A DNA stretch of 64,000 nt, taken from positions 26,660,001 through 26,724,000 of the forward strand of contig NC_092357.1 in NCBI RefSeq assembly GCF_963676685.1, written 5' to 3'. The notes beneath the pieces are model-generated. The model ran no database searches and was not told the origin of the DNA. It was given only the letters and a program-made list of their open reading frames with translations. This stretch comes from Mytilus edulis (taxonomy: Eukaryota). Position numbers and translations under genes: made by a program. Positions 13,901 through 22,962 of the stretch are shown here, one piece after another (position 1 is the first letter of the stretch; every line of letters starts with the position of its first letter).

Positions 13901-16900
13901 TTACTGTCATAAGAAAAAAAAAAACAAACGGGATATTGAATGAATCGAAAACCCTGGTTAGCGTTTTTAGTTGATGACATTTAAATACAATGTTTCGTGT
14001 ATTATAGAATCGGAGTGGTAAGGACGACAGAGGGACATGCAACATATCTCACTTTGAGCCATAGGAGTAAATTTTAACCTTTGTAAAAAACAATTCAAAT
14101 ATCAACATCTTGTAGTAAAGCGTGATTGTAAATTATATAGATGACGAAAGGCAAATTGTTAAAAATGGGGCAACCAAGAAGTTCATGTATGGCTATGTAA
14201 CCAACTATGTGTAACTGTTTGGCCTTATGTATGAACACATCCGACAACTGCGTTTATAAATATAAGGAGATGTGGTATGCATGAGACGACTCCATTCAAG
14301 TCATCAATGTACTTAAGTAAACCATTATAGGTCAAAGTGCAGTTTTCAATACGTTTCCTTGGCTCACAACAGCAAGCTATACAAGCTCCAAACATTACGA
14401 GTGTAAAAGCATTCAAACGGGAAAACCAACGGTCTAATTTATATGAAAAAAGAGAAATTGTTTATTTCATATGATTTCGCTTCTCTTCCTCATACTGTCA
14501 TATTACGGAAACTCCAATACCATCCTTTCCTTACCTCATTCCTATTAAAACAAATAGAAAATGCTGAGAACAGTATGTGTCTCTGTTGTAAATACCATAC
14601 CTGCGTAACTTTCGAAATTTTAGATAATACAAGGACGGTTCATTTCTTTTTTAATTTGTGTAACTTTTAAAACTGTTTAATGTTATACAAGAAAAAAAAT
14701 GATAAGGATAATTTAAAATCAAGCTGGTAAATGATATTACGTTATCTGTAATATATATAAACACTTGTGTGTCATGTAAGAAATGTCCTTGATGTAATAT
14801 AATTGCGGTTTGGTATTTTTTTTAGTGGTATATATGAATTTTATTTTAGAAATATTTGTTTCTCAAAACAAGACAGCTCCATTGCAAGAAATACATTAAC
14901 TTATGTTTACAAAAAAATACGTATATGTGGTATAAGTGCCATTAAGACAACTCTTCATGCAAGTCACATTATGGAAATAGTAGACAGTTATCAAGATTAT
15001 AGGTAAAAGTACGACCTTCAACACGGAACCATACTTCATACTAAACGGTAAGCTCTGACGGGTCTAACAATTACTAATGTTAATCAATTCAAACAGGGAA
15101 ACCAAATGTATATTCTATAGAAAAAATAACACAAAAACAAGAAACGCATATTAACCATACCAAGAAACGACAGCCAATAAACAACTGGTTTGTGATTTAG
15201 AATAAGTGCAACCAAATGCAACAGGTTTAAACCTTTCAGCAGGTGTAGATATTTGCCAACTGAGAACAGTAGTGTTACATCACATTTTATATAGAAAGAC
15301 ACATTATTAAATATCAATCAAAATGGCCTTACTTTATTAAACAAATTGCAACAAGTTGTTTACGTACACTGAACGAATCAACATTATCTATAATACAATA
15401 TTAATGCATTGTATAATATCAATTAAACAGGAATGCAAAAAATATCAAAACATATCAACGCTACAATTGTAACCTAAAACAAAATAACTTACATCATAGA
15501 ATTGTACACAGGTAGGTTTAAATAGTATCATTATTGTGTTGGTAGGAGTATGGAAATATGTTTACACAATAAATATAGTGGGAGAAGTAATAACACTAAC
15601 TAATTTAAATTTTGATGTAACGCGTTTTCTGATTGGCTAACGTTATTTTGTTCTGAGGCCATAGACATAATTTAGTCATGTGACCGTGACGTCATCAACG
15701 TTTTTTCGTGGTTTCTACGGTTTAAAATGGAATTTTGAATTAAATTATTAGAAATGACCGTAATATTTTTTCTGTCTATTCGGAATAACATACAAAATTG
15801 GTGCACACTGTCAAATAACCCGCTACGCGCGTTATTCAGCGTGCACCAAATTTTTTATGTTATTTTTCATTCCTTAAATAATTTGACCTATAATAACTGA
15901 AATGCATTTCATGTCGTAACAACAACTCAAACTAACACAACAGCAAGATTTGAAAAATAATGTAGTTAAAAACGAAACACAGTTGATAATAAAGAAGCAT
16001 GCATCAAATTTGATTTTTTGTTGTAGGTGTTCCTATACTCAGATCTTACCACTATCATTATACTACCAATCGTAATCATAACAGTATGCTACATCGTCAT
16101 CATTTTTACTATACGTGGTCGGGAAAGACATGGATTATTACGGGGTGAAACCAATGACAAAGGTAAATAGTTTTAATCTACAATATAGTCTTTTTTTAAT
16201 TGGATTTGATAGACTATGGTTTAAGTCTCTGTTTTAAATCATCACATGCATAGTTAACTAGAAAACAAAACACGATCATTACTTTAAAATTTTACCTTCG
16301 AAATCGATTAATAAAAGACAACTACTTTATTTTAATTATGTTGTACCCATCCTTGAAAGTTTGCACCATGATTTCGACCAAAACAGTAACGGATACCATA
16401 CTACTGTAAAATACTATATTTGCGTCTTTTGATTTTGACATTTGAATTGGGACTTTCCGTTTTGAATTTTCCACGGTGTTCAGTATTTTTTGTGATTTAA
16501 CTTTTTACACATTGTTGATTTTTTTTCTGCAATACCTTTAACGGGGTTTCAACTCGTTCATGGAACAAATGTTGTTTACCTTGATATCAGTATTGCTGTC
16601 TTAGCATTATGATCGCATGGAGTATGTTAGAATTAAAAAAAAACAGGAAATATTTACTCGGGCAAAATGACCTTAACAATCGCTGACAATCGGGAAACAT
16701 ATAGTTGCGCAATATCATTAATAAAAACTGCTAACATACATACCTTTCAAGAATGCATACTAGAATGAAGTCGCTCACACACAGCATATTATACTTTGCA
16801 TTCGAAATCCGTCATTTTTCAAAGTGTTCAATCAACGAATTGAATAATATATTATCAACATTTCTTATAAATGCAAAAAGGAAATCACATCTTTAATTTG

Positions 16901-17896
16901 TATGCAGCGTTTTTCAAATTTACAAATTAAATAAAAAATGTTAGCAGTTGTTTTAGATAAGATTGCATGCTAACCTTGGGAATAGGGAAGCGCAAAAAAA
17001 GACAGAAGTGTTTTAAAAACATGTGATCATTCATTACAGATAATGGTTCTGATACAAATGTGAGAAATAGAAGCATTTCAAAGGCAAAGATCAGGACCAT
17101 CAAACTGTTATGCGTTGTTGTGTGTGGTAAGAATGATACTGCTTCAGTATACTCTTTTAATTACATACTGCATAGATCTAGGTGGCAACTCATAAACTAA
17201 TAAAGAAGGTACATCATTTATATCCATTGCAATACTGAGTGTCGCCTAAAAATTATGTATGTTGATGACTGAAGTATTGATAACGGAAGTGTCCGTTTTG
17301 AGAAGTGGTTATCTAAAGTATGATTACCATGATGTCTCTCATAAACATACAGATTGTTTTAAGTATTCATGTTTTTGTTTCAAAAATTTACATCATTAGA
17401 GTTTTTCTTTTCAGATTTTTTCGTACAATAGTCACGATATATTGAAATATTATTGTTATTTAAGAACATGTGATTTATACTTAATGGGACACAAACCATC
17501 TATCTTTTGCAACCAATCTTAATATTAACCAACCATATGTTATCCTGAGCGTTATTCATATCTTTTACAATTTTGCAAATGGTACTGGTTACTATAAAAG
17601 GGTAATGCCTATATCATGCATATGTTAATGAACAACATCTACTTGAATACAAGTTCAATTAATAATGATACTAAATCACACATATATGTTTTACAGCATA
17701 CGTTGTTTGCTGGGCTCCAATTACAATAGGACCTGTTTTAATGCACCATGAAATAGCAGAATATGGGCTTTGGTTTCAGATTCTTTATTTATTTGCTCCA
17801 GTAAACAGCCTGGGTAATCCTTTAGTGTTTCTAATTTTCAACCAGAAGATGTTTCGTTCTAAGACGATAAAGACCAAGAAAAGAGTATTAAGGTAG
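4842..17896 (+). CDS. Spliced class A (rhodopsin-like) neuropeptide-type GPCR, CCAP/NPS/vasopressin-receptor-like; join(4842..4928,8867..8996,13295..13620,16027..16162,17040..17126,17697..17896), 321 aa
   Basis: All five introns are GT-AG and phases match (0,1,0,1,1); 966 nt including TAG. Translation gives an N-terminus with NMT/NRS sequons, TM1, KSRMRFFVTNLAIADLCVG (TM2), SLDRA (TM3), TM4 Trp, ECL2 Cys, TM5 LP..I..CY, ISKAKIRTIKL + CWAP (TM6) and APVNSLGNPLVF (TM7). Family assignment is from remembered motifs. Confidence 0.9.
5049..7613. mobile_element. Non-autonomous Kolobok-type DNA transposon in GPCR intron 1
   Basis: Perfect 17-bp TIR agaccaaacagcctatt (5049-5065) / aataggctgtttggtct (7597-7613); TTAA on both sides (5045-5048, 7614-7617); RR..YY termini; no intact ORF. 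Confidence 0.8.
5295..5490 (+). mobile_element. Helentron/DINE-1-like (HINE) 5' fragment
   Basis: T-run + gccc start followed by a cgtccgttcgttcgtccgtccgtctgtcc microsatellite, typical of HINE left ends; boundaries approximate. Confidence 0.5.
8050..8278 (+). repeat. Short interspersed hairpin-containing element, copy 1
   Basis: gtgcacactgaataacccgcggtgcgggttatt ... agccaatcagaagacgtgttacatc; a reverse-complement homolog lies at about 15600-15870. Confidence 0.6.
8867..8996 (+). CDS. GPCR exon 2 (TM1-ICL1-start of TM2)
   Basis: ttacag|GGT ... GCAG|gtaag; GLKWISLVILLGIILFNLLVVVLLILRNSKSRMRFFVTNLAIA. Confidence 0.9.
9304..9664 (+). repeat. About 355-bp retrozyme-like repeat monomer with degenerate hammerhead motifs
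   Basis: Unit bounded by a direct ataact repeat. It contains gtca-CTGGTGA-gtcttatggagac-gcaa (9591-9630). Partial copies of the same family lie at about 22790-22995 and 2430-2510. Confidence 0.6.
10080..10828 (+). mobile_element. Decayed 3' end of a non-LTR retrotransposon ORF2
   Basis: Frameshifted remnants KFCKQV, W..SVK.LL, LRTY and the C-terminal motif TLEVERGRYRN.P..QR...C..IEDEQHF..LCDRYSVLR. Confidence 0.7.
10831..11135 (+). pseudogene. Diverged duplicate of the 3' part of GPCR exon 3 plus the start of intron 3
   Basis: Encodes YGIYSEDDVSCWPDAPRL versus FGTYSEEVVTCWHDAPRL at 13567-13620. The donor GTAAG is changed to GGAAG. Downstream sequence aligns with 13621-13875 and, after a repeat, 11582-11700 aligns with 13880-13990. 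Confidence 0.8.
11143..11580 (-). repeat. Abundant interspersed SINE-like repeat
   Basis: aagaagatgtggtatgattgc..gagacaact..ccac..aagaccaaaatgacacaga..ggctcctgacttgggacaggc; related copies near 7700-7845, 14260-14450, 14920-15300, 18960-19070 and 37020-37560. Confidence 0.65.
11765..12066 (+). repeat. Second copy of the LINE 3'-end fragment (duplicate of about 10520-10830)
   Basis: aagcatttatcaaggacaca...cactagaagtcgaacgaggacgctataga...caacaaatgtata is near-identical to 10528-10830. Confidence 0.85.
12227..12990. repeat. Repeat element with internal, roughly 30-bp palindromic tandem units
   Basis: Units like cctgttcacaggtctagtctggtcaagtagac repeat at 12636-12830; inverted aagcagtcct / aggactgctt near the ends. 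Confidence 0.5.
13295..13620 (+). CDS. GPCR exon 3 (TM2-TM4, ECL2)
   Basis: Polypyrimidine tract + tcag|AT completes the LAIAD Asp; DLCVGVFFVLPE...SLDRAYVVVKPL...AWVIG...CWHDAPRL|gtaag. Confidence 0.92.
15600..15870 (-). repeat. Short interspersed hairpin-containing element, copy 2 (inverted relative to 8050-8278)
   Basis: gatgtaacgcgttttctgattggct ... ggtgcacactgtcaaataacccgctacgcgcgttattcagcgtgcacc. Confidence 0.6.
16027..16162 (+). CDS. GPCR exon 4 (TM5-ICL3)
   Basis: ttgtag|GTG ... AAAG|gtaaat; VFLYSDLTTIIILPIVIITVCYIVIIFTIRGRERHG. Confidence 0.88.
17040..17126 (+). CDS. GPCR exon 5 (ICL3-TM6)
   Basis: ttacag|AT ... TGTG|gtaag; NRSISKAKIRTIKLLCVVVC. Confidence 0.88.
17697..17896 (+). 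CDS. GPCR exon 6 (TM6-TM7-short C-tail)
   Basis: ttacag|CA; AYVVCWAPITIG...LFAPVNSLGNPLVFLIFNQKMF...KKRVLR-TAG. Confidence 0.88.
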
Positions 17897-19201
17897 AGAA
17901 GGACACTGAAGACCAAAAAAATCTAGCCAATGAACTTTCTTAAATTTCCCATATATTGTTCATTGGGGTGTACCTAACAAAATATCAAAATTTGAGAATA
18001 GGTTTCCAGGCTATTTTTAGAAATATTCTTTGAAAAAGTTACCTCCCTTTGCAGTCCTAAAAATGTCATTTTTTGGCCTGTTTAAGCTATAAAGGTACCT
18101 GCCAAAACAGGCATATATAATTTTTTTTTAACTTTTTCTCAGAACATTATGATAAATGAATATTTTGAAATATTTTAGACAGAATTTTTTTTTTTTTTTT
18201 TTTTTTCAAAATGGCTTCCCTTTTTTGCAATATGCCTGTAACCGGTTTGTGTACAATTTTGCCAAAAAAATATTGTAAAAGTAAAAAAAAAAAAAATTGT
18301 GTCAATGAACTTTTTTTTAAATTTGTATATAAAATACTTTATATCCATGCTACAAGTTATAAAAAAATAAAGATATGCTTCCAGGGAAAATAAAAAGTTA
18401 CGGGGGTAGAATGACACCCTGTCACACACCCTTTTATGCAGATTTCATGAAAAATGTTAAAATTTTCACTATTTTTTTTAAATATCGTAACTTAAGGTGG
18501 GATTGTTTCTTTAATGAGCATAGCTTTTGCAGCTTCCATGTCTTTGTAATACTTTTTTATCCTTTCATTTAACCTTCTTTATGCTGAGAGGAGGTTGCAT
18601 CAGTTTTGAATATTCAGGAAGTTGACAGTTGACCTATGAGCATAATCATCATTTTGATGGTTAATAATCCTTGATGAAAAAACTAATCTTTCATTAAATA
18701 AGTATTCATAACTATTCATCATACCTTGGTTTTTTTTTTCCTCATGTGAAAAGGATTGTCCTACTAATTTATATATATCATTACAGTGTATTATGTGTTT
18801 CGTGATGTTTTAATTTTAAATTGTATGATTTTGATGTTCTCATGCTCTTGTTTAGTAGTTTTGTTGAGTGGTCACTGCTTGGAAATACTAAGATCTTTTA
18901 ATTGACTGTTGATGTTTATTTTTTAAATACACCTAAACATATAGACTATTTTGTTTGGACTTTGCTCATTGTTGAAGGCCATACAGTGACTTATAGTTGT
19001 TAATTTCTGTGTCATTTTGGTCTCTCGTGGAGAGTTGACTCATTGGTAATCATACATCTTTCTTTTTTTATATGAATAGTGTAATGTTTGATCTGAATGA
19101 TTGCTGTGAAAGTCTTGGAAGTGTAAAAATCAACATACTCATAAATCACTGTTCATGATTTTAATGATGTAGAAAAAAAGAAAATATATATATATATATA
19201 T

Positions 19202-19361
19202 ATATAATTTAAAAGTAAAAAACACAAAAAATCACATCATAAATCGAACATTGTTTCTGTTAGCGCTTTCACCGCATCTCCAGCGGTTCATCAGACAGAA
19301 TTGTTATATGAATGTTCGATTTATGATGTGATTTTTTGTGTTTTTTACTTTTAAATTATAT
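19202..19361. repeat. Perfect 51-bp inverted repeat enclosing the hammerhead, lying between (TA)n tracts
   Basis: 19202-19252 atataatttaaaag...aaatcgaacatt is the reverse complement of 19311-19361; (TA)n at about 19184-19205 and 19393-19414. Confidence 0.9.
19255..19300 (-). ncRNA. Minimal type I hammerhead ribozyme with intact catalytic core
   Basis: Minus strand reads UUCUGU-CUGAUGA-ACCGC uggagau GCGGU-GAAA-GCGC-UA^-ACAGAA: 6-bp stem I, 5-bp stem II, palindromic AGCGCU stem III and a CUA cleavage triplet. Confidence 0.85.
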
Positions 19362-21078
19362 TTTCTGTACCAAGGACTTTTTATTTATCAAAATATATAT
19401 ATATATATATATATGCAAAATAAATTTTATTTCACATCATATTTTTTAATGTAATTGCAGACATTTTACAGACAACAATTGATTTTTATCTAGATGGACC
19501 ATGTTTCAATAATATAAAACAAACCACTGTATTAATTATCAAAATATTATGATAATATAACATCAATTTCCAATACATATCCAGGATGAGAATGTGGATG
19601 ACACTTGTAAAAAAGTATACTCTCAAAAACAAAAAATAAATATGGAGCAGATTCAGTTTCCAAGGGACTCACTAGAACGTTTGTCCAATTTCATGAAAAC
19701 TGCATTCTCTGAAAATATATTTGTGAGTGACTTGGTCCAGTTTATTAACCAATAAATTCCTCTAAAAAAGCGTTTAATCCTTATTCTTTAATTTTGGCCA
19801 AAAATAATAATTTTCCACACTCGTTATCACCATCATAGCATAATACATGTAGTATATTTGTGTCATTGAATTGGCCAGGCACATGAATTTATTTGTTGGT
19901 TCACACAAAAATATGTACTCCTTGTTACTAAAAGTCTTATTATGATCATCAAAGGAATTTTTTGTGTTTGTATTCAATTTAAAGATTAACGCCATGTGCA
20001 AATAAATAGTTTTAACATTGAGTCAGATTGTGTTACATGTAATATCGCCTCATTGATTACAAAAAGAAGACTTAGTTTGGTCAACGTCCTCTATCGAGAA
20101 ATAAACAACTTCATGAACAACTACTGGAGGTCCTCTCGACCAATTATATAAAAGTATTCTCTAATATGCAAATCATATAAGAAGTATGATAATATAATAT
20201 CAATTTACAATACATATATATATCCATGTCAATGAGAATGTGGATTAAACTTGCAAAGGTGTTTAGTCTCAAAAATAAATATGGGGCAGATTCAGTTTCC
20301 AAGGGACTCACTGAAACGTTTGTCCAATTTCATGAAAACTGCAATCTTTAAAAAACATATTCATTAAAACTTCATATAAAACAATTGTTTTGCCCTAAGA
20401 TCGGAATGCTACAACACATCTTTTAAAAAAATGTGGAAAAAGGGTGCGGTGGTAATGGGGCAAGATGGTAAAGCATTGGAACTGATACATTACAATATTG
20501 TTACTTTTATACAACCTTATGAGTCCCCCTCATGTCTGATTTATGGCCTAGCCTAATGCTTATTATGTTGGTTTATGTAGATAAATTAAAGTTATCTCCC
20601 CTTTATTAAGATTCAGTTGACTTATATTGTTACAATAGCACCTACTTTTGTATAAAAGTTCATAATAATCTGTTGAAAAATTTGTCAATCAAAATAAAAA
20701 TCTATATGAGAAATAATCCTTCAGGCTTCAGGAAGTTATCCACCAATATTGACGAAAATGGAAAATATTTATTCAGTAAAATACTATACTTGTTGTGTAT
20801 CAATTTTTTTCACTCTGTCGAGGCAAACTTGATTTACAGACAGAGAAATTATTAAACGATGCTGCAATTTTATAACAAATCCCTAATTCTTATATATATT
20901 TTAAGTGTAAGTACTCTTTGGTTACTCAAAATTTAGTAAAAACTTCAATTTATTCATTATCGACTATTATCAAGGATTGTTTCAAAGGATTAGATTTTTA
21001 GATAGGCATAACCAGTTTTTCTACAGAATTATAGCATATAAATATGAAATTTTCTCAGTCTTTAACCACATTTACAGT

Positions 21079-22345
21079 CTATTCCTCTTTTTCAGAAAAA
21101 AACTTCTTGAACACATTTGCCGTTTTCCCTTTCAAACCATGTTCCTGCATGATGGATTTTACGCCATCGTCATTGTTTCTTTTGTAAGCAAGTTCCAGGT
21201 GATGAAGGCTGAGACCTGTACAGGAAAGTTTCCTTGCAGTGTCTTTAGAAATAACCTTTTTAACAATGACACCAGAAAAACCCTCTACAATTGACAAATA
21301 ATTAAATGGAAATAAATCCTTTCCAGAACATGTCTGTTTCAGCTTCAGATGGAACAGTTTGTATAAACTTCTAACATCCTCCTCAGAATTATGAGCATCA
21401 TAAACAATCTCCAGAAACTTTTGAACTAATGTTTGCTGCTTATAATTTTGAACATCAGCTTTTGGTATTTCACGTTTTGCAATTTTCAAAGTGTCAATGC
21501 ATCCATAAATTAGGTTATCAAAAGAACTCAGCAGATTAAACTCGCGCAACAAATTTCTCAGTACAGGGACATCATATGAATGGATGTTATGACCAACAAG
21601 AACAGGACGAGATTTTTTCTGTATCATTTCAATTAGTTGAAGTAAGGCTGTTCTTATACAAACACTTTCAACTGGAACACCATGGCAATACATTTGGTTT
21701 CTCTCAAAAGAGAAAGTAATACCGGTAACATCACTGGCCTTTGATGAAATAGATTGTCGTGGAGACACATAATGATTTAGCATGTTCATCCCATCATATG
21801 CTGATATTTGTGTTATATCAGAGGTTCTTGATAACCCAGTTGTTTCTAAATCAAACACAACATAATTGTCTATGCCTTCCAAAGAATATTTAGTTGGAAT
21901 TGTTTCAATTCTTGAACTGAATTTTAATGTGCGTATTGTTATTGTTTTACTTTTCTACATTGGCTAGAGGTATAGGGGGAGGGTTGAGATCTCATAAACA
22001 TGTTTAACCCCGCCGCAATTTTGCGCCTGTCCCAAGTCAGGAGCCTCTGGCCTTTGTTAGTCTTGTATGATTTTAAATTTTAGTTTCTTGTGTATAATTC
22101 GGAGTTTAGTATGACGTCCATTATCACTGTACCATTATGCATATTTTAGGGGCCAGCTGAAGGACACCTACGGGTGCGGGAATTCTCGCTACATTGAAGA
22201 CCCATTGGTTGCCTTCGGCTGTTGTTTGCTCTATGGTCGGGTGGTTGTCGCTTTGACATATTCACCATTTCCTTTCTCAATTTTATTTCAATGTCTCTTA
22301 CCGACACATTTTCTTCAATTTGTGGTTGATATGTTTCTCCTTCTA
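21079..22345 (-). pseudogene. DEDDh 3'-5' exonuclease (DnaQ/TREX1/PML-exonuclease-like), probably transposon-borne, interrupted by a retroposon
   Basis: ORF 21079-21882 has FDLETTG (ExoI), GHNIHSYD (ExoII), CIDTL and AHNSEED (ExoIII), plus a helical C-terminal region. The frame continues upstream as EGETYQPQIEENVSVRDIETIP once the insertion at 21910-22292 is removed. Confidence 0.8.
21910..22285 (+). mobile_element. Truncated retroposon/SINE-like insertion with 7-bp target-site duplication
   Basis: tttcaat at 21903-21909 and 22286-22292; same family as 45629-45989, 55035-55537 and 55597-55975 (ends ...tctcaattttat). Confidence 0.85.
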
Positions 22346-22918
22346 GAACTGCTGCTTTAACTTGTTAAAAGGTTTTCTTATGCTAGAAAAAGACAAAAAG
22401 AAAATATTAAGAAAAATCTTTTGTTTATACCTGGTTGTATTGTTACAAATAAATGGAATATAACTCTTAATAACCATATCACTCTTTTGAAATGTCATCA
22501 TCTTGTTTTCTATTTTTTGGTCAAGTTGCAATTTATATTGTCTTTGGCAATTTATATTATAGTTTACCCATTTTACAATTTAACAAAATTCATGTAAGTT
22601 TCACCATGTCCCTGTGTTTATATTTTTAAAGTTATGGTGTTATTATTATTGAGATAACTTCTCTTATATATGCCACATCATGCTTTCAATTGTATGACAG
22701 TTGATATACTAAATTTTAAATAAGACATTTGTGTTGACATCAATTTTTATAAATTTCTCTTTTTCAAAACTATGTGTTTTTTTTTTAATACTAAGGGTTT
22801 TTGTATCAACGGCAAATATTACCCTACCTGTGTTTGGATATTTTTTTTTAATTGTGGGTCCTCAATTCTCTTCAACTTTGTACATGTTGTACTTGTTTGA
22901 TTTTACAACTATTTTATG

Positions 22919-22962
22919 GCGTCACTGGTGAGTCTTATGTAGACGAAACGCGCGTCCGGCGT
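22919..22962 (+). ncRNA. Degenerate minimal hammerhead ribozyme motif
   Basis: gcgtca-CTGGTGA-gtc ttatgta gac-GAAA-cgcgc-GTC-cggcgt; CUGAUGA is changed to CUGGUGA. Confidence 0.7.
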
